From an uncultured Chloroflexia bacterium (GTDB lineage Bacteria > Chloroflexota > Limnocylindria > Limnocylindrales > CSP1-4), in the NCBI GenBank assembly GCA_963713975.1, contig OY970218.1, forward strand, positions 2,848,001-2,912,000: 64,000 nucleotides of DNA. Direction: 5' to 3'. Shown here one piece after another: positions 46,558-58,635 of this stretch. The position numbers and the translations under genes were made by a program. The notes beneath the pieces were generated by a model. It worked only from the letters and a program-made list of their open reading frames with translations. It did no database searches and had not been told where the DNA came from. Position 1 is the stretch's first letter, and every line of letters starts with the position of its first letter.

Positions 46558-49500
46558 ATGGCCTGGATCCTCACCGCCCTGCGCCGTCTCCGCGCGGACG
46601 TCGCACCCACCGTCGGCCTGGTCATCCTGGTCCTGGTCACGGCGCTCGTGACGTCGCTGGCGCCGAGGGTCGTCGCCGCCCTCGCGGACGACGCCGTGCG
46701 GGCGGATGTGGTCGCGGCGCCCCCCGCGGCCCGCAACATCACGGTGCAGCGGCGGCAGCCCATCGGGTCGGGACCGGAGGGCGATCCCCTGGCCCCGGCC
46801 CGCGCCACGGGGACGGCGATCGAGGCCACCTTCCCGGCCCGCGTGCGGGCGCTGATCAACGCCCGGGACCTTGTCGTCGAGAGCGGTCGGTTCCGGGTCA
46901 CGAAGCCCACGACCGACCCGGCCTTCATCCGGTTCCGCATCCAGCCCGGGATCGAGGACCACCTCGAGTACGTCGAGGGACGGGCGCCGACCGGCGCCGT
47001 CGGCACGCGCGACGACGTCGGGCCCGAGTCGCAGAACGACGTTCCGGTCTACGAGGCCGGGGTCTCGGTGGCGACCGCGGAGCGCTTCGGGCTCGAGGTG
47101 GGGGAGGCGGTGCCGCTCGAGGGCGACCCGGGCGATCCGCTGATCGGCCGCACCCCGCAGGCGGTGTATGCGTTCGCGACGATCACCGGCATCTACGACG
47201 TGCTCGATCCCGACGCCGACTACTGGCTCGACGACCCGCTGCCGATCCGCCCCGTGATCCGCGCGCTGTCCTCGGAGGTCCAGCTGCTTGACGCCGCGCT
47301 CCTCCTGGACGAGTCCGCGCACACCACGCTCGCGACGTCCATGCGCGAGATCAACCGACCCCTCGCCTACACGTGGCGCTCGTTCCTGGACGACGGCGGG
47401 ATCAGCGCCCGCGACACGCCGGCGCTCATCACCGCCCTGCGACGGCTCGAGGTGCTCTACCCGTCCGCGAACGTCTCCTTTGGCGCCGACACTGCCCTGC
47501 GGACGGACCTGCTCGCGATCCTCGAGGCACACAGTGCGGCTTGGGGGGCCGCGCAGTCGACCATTGCCGTCACGGCGATCGGCCCCGCCCTGGTGGTGAT
47601 CGCCACGCTCGCCCTCGTTGCGGTGCTGGCCTCCCGCCGCCGCCGGTCCACGATGGCGCTGGCGCGAAGCCGGGGTGCCTCCGCCGTGCAGGTGACGGGT
47701 CCGACCCTCGTGGAGGGCCTGGTCATCGCGGTGCCGCCCTCGGTCATCGCCCTGGCCGCGGCCATCCTGCTCGTCCCGGGGGCCGTGGCCCGGTCCACGG
47801 CGGCCGCGGCCGCGTTGGTGGTCGGCGTCTCCGTCGCGATCATCGTGGCCACCGTCATGCCGATCGCGCGGTCGACGGGACCCGACCGACGGCCCGGTGA
47901 CCGGCAGGCGGGTCGAGTGGGCGGACGGCGCCTCGTGCTCGAAGGCATGGTCGTCGCCGTGGCGGTCGGTGCCGCGCTGCTCCTGAGCCAGCGTGGGATC
48001 CGCGGTGGCACAGGTGACACGACCGGTGGGTTCGACCCGCTGGTCGCGGCCGTGCCGGCGCTCGTGGGGATCGCGGCCGGACTCGTCGCGATGCGCGTCT
48101 ACCCGCTGGTGATGCGCTCCGTGGCCCGCCAGGCGCGCCGTCGTCGAGGGCTGGTCCCCGTGCTGGCGGCACGCCGGGCCACCGAGGGCGGATCAGGGTC
48201 GGCCGTCATGCTCGTGCTGCTTGCCACGGCCACCGTCGGGGCATTCGGGGCGGTGGCGCTGGACAGCCTGGATCGCGGCTCGGAGCTCGCGGCCTGGCAG
48301 GAGGTGGGGGCGGCCTACCGGGTGGACCCACGGTCCGGTGCACTGCCCTACGACCTCGACCCGGCGGCCCTGCCGCAAGTCGAGGTGGCGGCCACGGCCT
48401 TCGAGACCAATGCCGCGCTTCGCCTGAACGGACCCCAGACCCTGCTCGCGGTGGTCGACGCCGACGCGCTGCGCGAGGTCCTTGCCGGCACGCCGGTACT
48501 GCCCGCGTATCCCGCCGGCTTCGCCGATCCCGGCCCGGGTCCGATCCCGGTCATCATCTCGCGCACGCTCGCGGAGAGCGCGCGCGGCGTGCGGCTCGGG
48601 GAGACGTTCGAGATGAGCGTCGAGGGTCACGTGCTTGCGTACCGCGTCGACGCGATTGTCGATTCATTCCCGGGCCTGCCGCCCGACCGGGGATTCGTGG
48701 TTGCCGGGCGCGAGCGGATCGCCGCCCAGGTCCCGCAGGCCCGCATGGTGCCGGTCGTTGCCTACCTGCGGGCTCCGCCCGGAGCCGCCGGGGACATCCG
48801 TGTGGCCGTGGAGCGGGTGTCGCCCACCCTGACGGTCGTGTCCCAGGCCGAGGATGCCGCGGCCCGTCGCGAGGCCCCGGTGACGGGAGCCGTCAGGTCC
48901 ATGATCCTGGCCGCCCTGCTGGTCACCGCGGCCTACGCGGCCCTCGGGGTCTCGGCAGCGTTGGCCCTCGCCGGACTGGCTCGCACGGTCGAGGTCGCGC
49001 ACCTGCGCACGCTCGGTCTGACCGGGCGTCAGTCGTTCAACCTCCTCGCCGCCGAGCATGGCCCTACGACGGTCGTGGCGGTCGTGGCGGGCGGCGTGCT
49101 GGGCGTGGCGCTGTTCGCCCTGCTGCGACCGGCGATCGGCCTCGGGCTCCTCGTGGGGGCGCCCGTGGAGGTCCCGGTCGTGCTGGAACCCGCCGCCCTG
49201 GTCGTGATCCTGGTTGTGTTGATCGCCGTCGTCGGACTCGGGCTCGTGCTCGGGACCGCGCTCCAGCGGCGGGTGGCGCCGACAGCCGTGCTTCGAGGAA
49301 GATTTCGAGTGATGTCAGAACCGCCGCGCCTGTCCGACGACTCCGCCCCCGTGACCGAAGACCCGCCCGCGCGACTGCCCGGGCCGACCGGTGTCGACCC
49401 GCTGGCCGGCGCCGTCGTGGCCAGGGAGCCCCGACCCCGGTATGGGGACGGAGCGGTGATCGTCTGCGACGGCCTGGTCCGCATCTTCAAGCTGGCCGAC

Positions 49501-50337
49501 CTGGAGGTGGTGGCGCTCCAGGGTCTCGACCTGCTCGTCGACGAGGGGGAGATGATCGCCATCGTCGGTGCGTCCGGCAGCGGCAAGTCCACGCTGCTCG
49601 CGATCCTTGGGGGCATGGATGTCCCGTCAGCCGGCCGCGCGGTCGTCGCCGGCTACGACCTCGGCCGCATGGGCAACGCGGAGCGAACGCGCTTCCGGCG
49701 CCGCGTCGTCGGCTTCGTCTGGCAGCAGACCGGCCGCAACCTGCTCGACTACCTGTCGGCGGCGGAGAACGTGGAGCTGCCGATGCTGCTCGACGGCCGT
49801 CGGGAGCGCAGGGAGCGCGCGCTGGAACTCCTCGAGCTGGTCGGCCTCGCGGATCGTGCCGACCATCGGCCGGATCTGCTCAGCGGTGGCGAGCAGCAAC
49901 GCGTCGCGATCGCGGTGGCCCTGGCGAACGACCCAAGCGTCGTGCTCGCCGACGAACCCACCGGCGAGCTGGACAGCCGGACGTCCGGCGAGATATTCGG
50001 CCTGCTGCGGCGAGTGAACGCGGAGCTGGGGACGACCATCGTGATCGTCACCCACGACGCGTTCGTCTCCGAGCAGGTGGGCCGCACCGTGGCGATCCGC
50101 GACGGCCGCACCAGCACGGAGACCCTGCGCCGGACCGAGCAGACGGACGAAGGCGACCACCGGGTCATCAGCGAGGAGTACGCCGTCCTTGACCGCGCAG
50201 GCCGCCTGCAACTCCCACGCTCGCACGTGGAGTCCCTCGAGCTGCGCAGCCGCGTCCGTCTCCGCCTCGAGGACGATCACGTCGGCGTCTGGCCGGACCG
50301 CGCTGAACCCGGGCCGGCCGAGGAGGGGGAGCGATGA
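46558..50337 (+). CDS. FtsX-like permease 2 read in frame into an ABC ATPase (ATPase part from ATG 49312)
   Basis: MAWILTALRR..., ALARSRGAS, HLRTLGL; no stop before [27 protein letters not shown]. The junction may contain an extra T. Confidence 0.8.
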   Translation: MAWILTALRRLRADVAPTVGLVILVLVTALVTSLAPRVVAALADDAVRADVVAAPPAARNITVQRRQPIGSGPEGDPLAPARATGTAIEATFPARVRALINARDLVVESGRFRVTKPTTDPAFIRFRIQPGIEDHLEYVEGRAPTGAVGTRDDVGPESQNDVPVYEAGVSVATAERFGLEVGEAVPLEGDPGDPLIGRTPQAVYAFATITGIYDVLDPDADYWLDDPLPIRPVIRALSSEVQLLDAALLLDESAHTTLATSMREINRPLAYTWRSFLDDGGISARDTPALITALRRLEVLYPSANVSFGADTALRTDLLAILEAHSAAWGAAQSTIAVTAIGPALVVIATLALVAVLASRRRRSTMALARSRGASAVQVTGPTLVEGLVIAVPPSVIALAAAILLVPGAVARSTAAAAALVVGVSVAIIVATVMPIARSTGPDRRPGDRQAGRVGGRRLVLEGMVVAVAVGAALLLSQRGIRGGTGDTTGGFDPLVAAVPALVGIAAGLVAMRVYPLVMRSVARQARRRRGLVPVLAARRATEGGSGSAVMLVLLATATVGAFGAVALDSLDRGSELAAWQEVGAAYRVDPRSGALPYDLDPAALPQVEVAATAFETNAALRLNGPQTLLAVVDADALREVLAGTPVLPAYPAGFADPGPGPIPVIISRTLAESARGVRLGETFEMSVEGHVLAYRVDAIVDSFPGLPPDRGFVVAGRERIAAQVPQARMVPVVAYLRAPPGAAGDIRVAVERVSPTLTVVSQAEDAAARREAPVTGAVRSMILAALLVTAAYAALGVSAALALAGLARTVEVAHLRTLGLTGRQSFNLLAAEHGPTTVVAVVAGGVLGVALFALLRPAIGLGLLVGAPVEVPVVLEPAALVVILVVLIAVVGLGLVLGTALQRRVAPTAVLRGRFRVMSEPPRLSDDSAPVTEDPPARLPGPTGVDPLAGAVVAREPRPRYGDGAVIVCDGLVRIFKLADLEVVALQGLDLLVDEGEMIAIVGASGSGKSTLLAILGGMDVPSAGRAVVAGYDLGRMGNAERTRFRRRVVGFVWQQTGRNLLDYLSAAENVELPMLLDGRRERRERALELLELVGLADRADHRPDLLSGGEQQRVAIAVALANDPSVVLADEPTGELDSRTSGEIFGLLRRVNAELGTTIVIVTHDAFVSEQVGRTVAIRDGRTSTETLRRTEQTDEGDHRVISEEYAVLDRAGRLQLPRSHVESLELRSRVRLRLEDDHVGVWPDRAEPGPAEEGER

Positions 50338-51041
50338 CCGAGCGGTATGCCCGGCCGGGTCCGGACCAGGCGGCCATGGTCGTGGCGAAGGGCCTGGTGC
50401 GCGACTACGAGACGGGTCTCACCGTCGTGCACGCGCTGCGGGGGATCGACCTGCACGTGGCGCGGGGCGAGCTGCTCGCGGTGCGCGGCCGGTCCGGGTC
50501 GGGCAAGACCACGCTGCTCAACCTGCTCGGAGGCTTGGACGTGCCTACGGCCGGCACGGTCACCGTGGACAGCACGGAGGTCACCGGCCTGGACGAGAAC
50601 GCGGCCGCCGGGGTGCGGCGGCACACGATCGCGTTCGTGTTCCAGACGTTCGGGCTGATCCCGATCCTGACGGCGGCGGAGAACGTGGAGGTCCCGCTGC
50701 GACTGGTGGAGGCTGAGCCCCGGGAGCGGGACCGCCGGGTGGCGGAGCTGCTGGAGCTCGTCGGCCTGGACGCGCGCGCCGCGCATCGCCCGCACGAGCT
50801 TTCGGGCGGCGAGCAGCAGCGGGTGGCGATCGCCCGGTCGCTGGCCAACCGGCCGAAGCTGCTCCTGGCCGACGAGCCGACGGGCCAGCTCGATTCCGAG
50901 ACCGGCCGACGGATCATGTTGCTCATCCGGACCGTGGTCCGGGCGGAGGGTGTCACCGCGGTGGTCGCGACCCACGATCCGATCATGCTGGAGGTTGCGG
51001 ACCGGGTGATCGAGCTGCTGGACGGCCACCTCGTGAGCTGA
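50334..51041 (+). CDS. ABC transporter ATP-binding protein (LolD/MacB type)
   Basis: [28 protein letters not shown]; ATGA overlap. Confidence 0.92.
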   Translation: MTERYARPGPDQAAMVVAKGLVRDYETGLTVVHALRGIDLHVARGELLAVRGRSGSGKTTLLNLLGGLDVPTAGTVTVDSTEVTGLDENAAAGVRRHTIAFVFQTFGLIPILTAAENVEVPLRLVEAEPRERDRRVAELLELVGLDARAAHRPHELSGGEQQRVAIARSLANRPKLLLADEPTGQLDSETGRRIMLLIRTVVRAEGVTAVVATHDPIMLEVADRVIELLDGHLVS

Positions 51042-51077
51042 CCGGCTGGCGTGCATGCCGCAGGCGGCTTGTGCGCG

Positions 51078-51130
51078 GGGTTCGCCGAGCGCCCCGGGTT
51101 CGCCGAGCGCCCCGGGTTCGCTGAGCGCCC
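51078..51130 (+). repeat. 3 x 18-bp intergenic tandem repeat GGGTTCGCCGAGCGCCCC
   Basis: Two exact copies and one near-exact copy upstream of typA. Confidence 0.9.
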
Positions 51131-51163
51131 GATCCGGGCGCATGTGCGACACTCTCGCAGCCC

Positions 51164-53098
<1,935 letters not shown>

Positions 53099-53352
53099 CG
53101 CACGGTTCGTCGCCCGCCCGCAGCCGTGCCCTTTGTGCTGTTAGCTGTCAGTGGGCACATCTGGCCTTACGCGCGAGCTACCCGGTGATCTGCCGCCCCA
53201 GCGGGCCGGATCATCGCCCTTGGCTAGCAGCGTGAGCCCGGGACCCTCTGCGGAATCGCTGACGTCGAAAGCGTTCGCCTGTGGCTAGTGGCCCGCTTTC
53301 ATCGGTGCTCCTGCCGGCGGAACCGGGCCAGACCGCCGCGCGCCATGTGGGA

Positions 53353-53652
53353 TCAGTGGACGTGGATGCGGGCCCGTAGCCGCTCGACCAGCACGGGACG
53401 GATCACCTCGCCGTCCGTCTGGTCCGAGACCCGGCGGGGCACGGCTGGATCCACCTTCGGCTCGGTGCCCCTCCAGCGCCACGGGACGTCCTGCTGCTCC
53501 TGGATCCCGTCGGGCCAGCGAGGCTCGCGGCGTAGGAAGAACAGCGACACCCACCCGTCGCCCCGATCCGCGACGATCCGGCTGACGAGGAGTGGGACGA
53601 GGAAGGCAGCGACGATCGCGAAGACCCCCAACGCCAGGACATCAGGACTCAT
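53353..53652 (-). CDS. Small single-TM hypothetical protein
   Basis: GGGAG RBS, ATG, TM VLALGVFAIVAAFLVPLLV, motif WPDGIQEQQDVPWRW. Confidence 0.6.
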   Translation of the reverse strand: MSPDVLALGVFAIVAAFLVPLLVSRIVADRGDGWVSLFFLRREPRWPDGIQEQQDVPWRWRGTEPKVDPAVPRRVSDQTDGEVIRPVLVERLRARIHVH

Positions 53653-53793
53653 GCCCTGATTCTCCCACCACGTGGAAGCATCCCGGCGGTGGCACGCGGC
53701 GCGGTCCACGGGGCGCCGGCGCGCGGCCATGACGGCGAGGGCACCCGGCCGGCCCTGGCGCGGGGGCCGGGCGTCACCCGGCCCCCGCCCAGA

Positions 53794-55611
53794 TCACTTC
53801 CGGTTGCGCATCACGAGCACGACCGCCCCGGCACCGAGCCCGACGATCACCAGGAGCAGCACGATCGGGAGCAAGCTGCCGCCCTCGTCCGCCGGTGGCG
53901 GCGGCTCCACGGCCGGACTCGGCCGCGGAGCGGGAGAGGCCGTCGGCGCCGGCACCGGCACCGCCGTGACGGTCAGGATGACGTTCGCCTTGGCGTTGCC
54001 CTTCGTGATCACGGGCACGCCACTCGAGGTCGCCCAGAGGGTCGTGCCATCCCAGATGGATCCTCGCGCGACGTAGTCCGCGTTCGGGTCGATCGCCGCC
54101 GGGTCGTATGGGACCGAGAACGGCACCGGAACGGCCCCGACCGGGATGATCAGCTGGAAGCCGACCGTCTCGCCCGTGTCCACGCGGACGATGAGGGCCG
54201 TGCCGTACGCTTCGGGGTCACGGGCCGGGTCGAGCCCGACACCGGTGATGGTCCCAGAGACGGCGCCCTTCAGCAGGTCCGGCCGGAACGCCAGCGGCAG
54301 CTCCACGTCCTCGGTCATGGGCCACGGCACCTTGACCGCCACTCCGATGGGCGTCACCCAGGCCAGGTCGCCGTCCTGGATGCCAGCGTACAGATAGTAC
54401 GACGCACCGGCCGACACAGCCGACATCGGATAGGCCAACTCATACGGCACCGGGATCGAACCCGGGTCACGGATCGACGTGGAGGTGACGATGTTCCCCT
54501 CGTTGGGACCGCCGCTTCCCTCGATCAGAAGGACGACCGCCCTGGCATCGGCGGATAGCTCGTGGTCCTCCTTGTAGGTCAGCGTCCCCTTGATGATCCC
54601 GGTGTCGGGCGACGGGGACGGAGTGGCGCTTGCCGTCGCCTCCGCGGTGGGGGACGGAGTCGGCGAAGGTGACGGGGTCGGTGACGGGGTCTCCGTCGGC
54701 TCCGCGGTTGGCTCGGACGTCGGCTCCGCGGTTGGCTCGGACGTCGGCTCCGCAGTTGGCTCGGACGTCGGCTCAGCAGTTGGCTCGCCTGTCGGCTTGG
54801 GTGTCGCCGATGGCTTGGGAGTGGGCTTCGGCGTCGGCTCGGCCGTCGGCTCGGCCGTCGGCTTGGGTGTGGCGGTCGGGGTGGGCGCGCTGCCACTGAC
54901 CAGGATGACAGGCACCTTCACCGCCGTGACGACCGCGCCCCCCACGATGGCTGGAACGGCCTCCGGCGACGACCACTGGCGGTCGCCGTCAACAATTCCT
55001 GCGCGCACGGCGTAGGTGACCGACGGATCGACGACCCCGGGGTCGAACTGGACGGTGAACGGGATCGGCTCCTTGGCCGGGGACGGGATCGACTGGCGGG
55101 CAACCATCGTCCCCGTAGATAGGTTGACGAGGGCGGCGAAGGCGGTTGCCCCTGCCGTGAGGGCGCTCCCGTCCTGGCGAGTGATGGTCCCGCTCACCGT
55201 CGCCGTCGAGGCCGAGCTCAGCGGGGCGACCAGCACCGACAGCCCCGAGGTCGGTCCACCGGTGATCACCGGCACGGGCTCCACGCTCTGCAGCGTTCGC
55301 GAGTCGTCGACGATGCTGGCGAAGACGGCGTAGCTGTGACCCGGATCGATGGCGGCCTCGTCATACGGGACGACGAACGCGAGCGGCAGCTGGGCGCCAT
55401 CGACACGTTGCGAGCCGACGATCACGCCGGCGTCCGGGCTGGCCTGCTGGTCCACGATCGAGATCATGGCCACGGCGTTGGGGCCCAGCGCCATCTTGTC
55501 CTTGCTCACCAGCGTTCCCGAGACGGTCGGACCGGCGGCGTCGACACCAGGAGCCGGCACGAGACCCGCCAGGAGCAGCAGCGGCAGGAGGAGGACAAAG
55601 GGCTTGCGCAT
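53794..55611 (-). CDS. Surface protein with four YbaY/YscW-like domains, PT-rich linker and C-terminal membrane anchor
   Basis: Signal peptide; four repeats of (V/I)xGT(L/I)...P.PF...YD...IDP...Y...A.I.DG...PV; TM plus RNRK tail. Confidence 0.78.
   Translation of the reverse strand: MRKPFVLLLPLLLLAGLVPAPGVDAAGPTVSGTLVSKDKMALGPNAVAMISIVDQQASPDAGVIVGSQRVDGAQLPLAFVVPYDEAAIDPGHSYAVFASIVDDSRTLQSVEPVPVITGGPTSGLSVLVAPLSSASTATVSGTITRQDGSALTAGATAFAALVNLSTGTMVARQSIPSPAKEPIPFTVQFDPGVVDPSVTYAVRAGIVDGDRQWSSPEAVPAIVGGAVVTAVKVPVILVSGSAPTPTATPKPTAEPTAEPTPKPTPKPSATPKPTGEPTAEPTSEPTAEPTSEPTAEPTSEPTAEPTETPSPTPSPSPTPSPTAEATASATPSPSPDTGIIKGTLTYKEDHELSADARAVVLLIEGSGGPNEGNIVTSTSIRDPGSIPVPYELAYPMSAVSAGASYYLYAGIQDGDLAWVTPIGVAVKVPWPMTEDVELPLAFRPDLLKGAVSGTITGVGLDPARDPEAYGTALIVRVDTGETVGFQLIIPVGAVPVPFSVPYDPAAIDPNADYVARGSIWDGTTLWATSSGVPVITKGNAKANVILTVTAVPVPAPTASPAPRPSPAVEPPPPADEGGSLLPIVLLLVIVGLGAGAVVLVMRNRK
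54695..54790 (-). repeat. 4 x 24-bp tandem repeat encoding (T)SEPTAEP linker
   Basis: GTCGGCTCCGCGGTTGGCTCGGAC and variants on the + strand. Confidence 0.9.
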
Positions 55612-55736
55612 CGGACGACACCTCACGGAGATGGGCGGCGGGCGGTCGTGACTGCCCAGAGTCTACGGGACGCTCCCGGAACCGCCCGGGAGCGCACCGG
55701 GGAGGCCATGCGCCACGGACGTACAATCCGCGGACC

Positions 55737-56924
55737 ATGGCGATCTATCTCGACCACGCTGCGACCACGCCACTGCGCCCGGAAGTGCTCGAGGCGATGC
55801 TGCCGTACCTGGGTGGCACGTTTGGGAACCCGTCGTCCGCGCACACGTGGGGCCGTGCGGCCCGCGAGGGGCTGGACGACGCCCGGGAACGCCTGGCACG
55901 GGCGATCGGTGCCGATCCGCGCGAGGTCGTGTTCACCAGCGGCGGCACAGAGGCAAGCAACATGGCGCTCAAGGGTGCCGCCTGGGCCGGGCGGGCTCGC
56001 GGCGCCCGGCTCGTCACGTCGACGGTGGAGCATCATGCCGTCGGCCACTCACTGTCCCACCTGGAGAAGTTCGGCTTCGAGATCGTCGAAGTGCCCGTCG
56101 ACCGTTACGGGCGCGTCGACCCGGCCGATGTGGAGCACGCGATCACGGACCGGACGATCCTCGTCACCGTGATGCTGGCCAACAACGAGGTCGGAACCGT
56201 CCAGCCGATCGCAGAGGTCGCCCGGGTCGTCCGGGGGCACCGCGGGATCCTTCTCCACGTGGACGCGGTACAGGCCGCGCCCTGGGTGGACCTGGATGTC
56301 CACGCTCTTGGCGCGGACCTCGTCGCGCTCGGGGCGCACAAGGCAGAGGGCCCCAAGGGCTCCGGCGCCCTGTGGATCCGCAAGGGCACGCACGTCCTCG
56401 CCCAGCAGCATGGCGGATCACAGGAGCGACACCGGCGGGCTGGCACGGAGAACGTGGCGGGCGCGGTTGGCATGGCGAAGGCGTTCGAGCTGGTCGCGGC
56501 GGAGCGAGCGGCGTCCGTCGAGCGCGTTGGCGCACTGCGTGACCGCCTGGCGACAGCCGTGCTGGAGGTGGAGGGCGTGGAGCTCACCGGTCATCCGACC
56601 GAGCGCCTGCCGCATATCCTCTCGGTGGTCGTGCACGGGATCGACGGCGGCTCCGTGGTGCTGGCGCTGGATCTCCTGGGGATCGCCGCGTCCACCGGCT
56701 CCGCGTGCTCCAGCGGCTCTGGCGAGGTGAGCCATGTCCTCGCGGCCATGGGCTATCCCGCCGACGAGGCGCGGGGCGCCGTCCGCCTGAGCCTGGGACG
56801 GTCCACGACCGAGGCGGAGATCGACGAGGCATCGAGGCTCGTGCCGGAGGCCGTCCGCCGGCTCGTGGCGGCTGCCCCGCGCGTTCCGGCCGGGATCTCG
56901 ACCCCGGGGGTCACGCCCGGATGA
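55737..56924 (+). CDS. iscS: Cysteine desulfurase IscS/NifS
   Basis: [45 protein letters not shown]. Confidence 0.93.
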   Translation: MAIYLDHAATTPLRPEVLEAMLPYLGGTFGNPSSAHTWGRAAREGLDDARERLARAIGADPREVVFTSGGTEASNMALKGAAWAGRARGARLVTSTVEHHAVGHSLSHLEKFGFEIVEVPVDRYGRVDPADVEHAITDRTILVTVMLANNEVGTVQPIAEVARVVRGHRGILLHVDAVQAAPWVDLDVHALGADLVALGAHKAEGPKGSGALWIRKGTHVLAQQHGGSQERHRRAGTENVAGAVGMAKAFELVAAERAASVERVGALRDRLATAVLEVEGVELTGHPTERLPHILSVVVHGIDGGSVVLALDLLGIAASTGSACSSGSGEVSHVLAAMGYPADEARGAVRLSLGRSTTEAEIDEASRLVPEAVRRLVAAAPRVPAGISTPGVTPG

Positions 56925-58093
56925 GCCGGATCCTGGTCGCGATGTCGGGTGGCGTGGACAGTAGCGTGGCGGCCGCGCTGCTCCGTGACCAGGGCCACGA
57001 TGTGGTCGGCGTCTGGATGCGCCTCCACGAAGTGGCGGACAGCACCGCGGAGTTCCGGAAGAGCTGCTGCTCGGTCGACGCCGCGGACGATGCGCGGCGC
57101 GTGGCCGCCCGGCTCGAGATCCCGTTCTACGTGATGAATCTGGAGCGCGAGTTCGGGGCCGGGGTCATCGAGCCGTTCCTTGCCGCATACCTGGACGGCC
57201 GCACGCCCAGTCCGTGCGTGGACTGCAACACGGTCGTGAAGTTCGGGGCCCTGCTGGGACGGGCGCGCCATCTCTACGACTGCGAGGCGGTCGCCACGGG
57301 CCACTACGCCCGGCGGCGGGTCATCGAGACCGCCGACGGATCGCGCGCGGTGCTTGCCCTGGCCGCCGACGAGGCCAAGGACCAGACGTACTTCCTGTAC
57401 GGCCTCCGCCAGGATCAGCTGTGGCACAGCCGCTTCCCGCTGGGCGACCTCACGAAGCCCGAGGTGCGCGAGGTCGCTCGGGGGCTGTGCCTCGCGACGG
57501 CGGACAAGCCCGAGAGCCAGGAGATCTGCTTCGTGCCCGGCGGCGACTACCGCGCTGAGCTTCGGTCCCGCGGCGGCTGGGTCCCGGAGCCGGGACCGGT
57601 CCTGGACGCCGATGGCGTTCACCTCGGAGAGCACGCCGGTGCGGCCGGCTTCACGGTCGGCCAGCGGAAGGGGCTCGGTGTCGCGATCGGTGAGCCCCGC
57701 TACGTCTCGCGCATCGATCCCGCCACGAATGCCATCGTGCTCGGCCGCCGGGAGGACCTGGAGACGCGCACGATCCGGATCGAGGGCGGAACCTTCGTCG
57801 CCGACGCGCCACCCGGGCGCCGGGACGGGGACGGCGGCTTCAGCCCCTTCCGTGCCAGGGTCCGGATCCGCCATCGAGCGCCGCTCGTGGATGCGTGGGT
57901 GCACCCCGCATCGGCAGCGGAACCGGGCCGTAACGGTCGCTGGACGGTCGAGACCGACACCCCCGTGTGGGCGGTCGCACCCGGCCAGGCCTGCGTCCTC
58001 TATGACGGCGACGTGTGCCTGGGGGGCGGACGCATCGCTGCCGCCGAGCCGCCGGTCCCGGTCCCGGCCCGGCCCGCCGAGGTGCCGGCATGA
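56921..58093 (+). CDS. mnmA: tRNA 2-thiouridine(34) synthase MnmA
   Basis: [50 protein letters not shown]. Confidence 0.95.
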   Translation: MSRILVAMSGGVDSSVAAALLRDQGHDVVGVWMRLHEVADSTAEFRKSCCSVDAADDARRVAARLEIPFYVMNLEREFGAGVIEPFLAAYLDGRTPSPCVDCNTVVKFGALLGRARHLYDCEAVATGHYARRRVIETADGSRAVLALAADEAKDQTYFLYGLRQDQLWHSRFPLGDLTKPEVREVARGLCLATADKPESQEICFVPGGDYRAELRSRGGWVPEPGPVLDADGVHLGEHAGAAGFTVGQRKGLGVAIGEPRYVSRIDPATNAIVLGRREDLETRTIRIEGGTFVADAPPGRRDGDGGFSPFRARVRIRHRAPLVDAWVHPASAAEPGRNGRWTVETDTPVWAVAPGQACVLYDGDVCLGGGRIAAAEPPVPVPARPAEVPA

Positions 58094-58371
58094 CGATCGG
58101 GCCCGCGCTGCCGCTCGCGATCCTCGTCGGCCTGGTGAACACCGCGCTCTACGTGCTCATCCGCGGCGAGACCGGCGGCCGGCTCCCGATCACCCTCACG
58201 GCGGCCGTCCTCGGCGCCTGGGCCGGCGCCGCCATCGGTGGACGGCTCGGGGTCACCGTGCTCGCGATCGGGGACTTCGCCTTGATCACCGCCTGCATCA
58301 TGGCGTGGGTGGGCATCGGAATCGTGGCCGTCCTGGCAACGCTTGGCCCGCGATCCGGGGAAACCAGGTGA
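58090..58371 (+). CDS. Small multi-TM membrane protein (GlsB/YeaQ-like)
   Basis: ATGA-coupled to mnmA; three Gly-rich hydrophobic segments ([12 protein letters not shown]). Confidence 0.65.
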   Translation: MTIGPALPLAILVGLVNTALYVLIRGETGGRLPITLTAAVLGAWAGAAIGGRLGVTVLAIGDFALITACIMAWVGIGIVAVLATLGPRSGETR

Positions 58372-58595
58372 GGCGGGTCCGGCGACCCGGCTCAGGCGGA
58401 CCGGCAGACCGACCAGCGACGGGCGTCGACGACGCGCTCGGCCCCCTCGCGGACCTCGGGCAGCTCCTGGGCGGCGACAGTGACCGGTCACGCCGGTTCC
58501 TGGGTGGGATCGCAGCAGGGGCCCTGGTCGGGGCGGCCGTCGCCGGCGCTGCGCTGATGCGCTGGCGAGGCTCGGTCCGGCGCGATCGAGGCTGA
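58368..58595 (+). CDS. Small hypothetical protein with C-terminal Gly-zipper TM
   Basis: GTGA overlap; RRFLGGIAAGALVGAAVAGAALMR. Confidence 0.55.
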   Translation: MRRVRRPGSGGPADRPATGVDDALGPLADLGQLLGGDSDRSRRFLGGIAAGALVGAAVAGAALMRWRGSVRRDRG

Positions 58596-58635
58596 CGGCA
58601 CCGAGCGACCGCCCACCGTTCGGTACCATTGGCCG

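Noticed and set aside
53285-53302. Amber readthrough (pyrrolysine) of the MKAGH* mini-ORF
   Set aside because: No pyl genes in view and the downstream peptide is not recognisable; kept only as part of the ncRNA candidate
56921-58093. CxxC plus extra Cys in MnmA as a novelty
   Set aside because: Matches the known Cys-rich (Fe-S-type) MnmA subclass, consistent with the adjacent iscS
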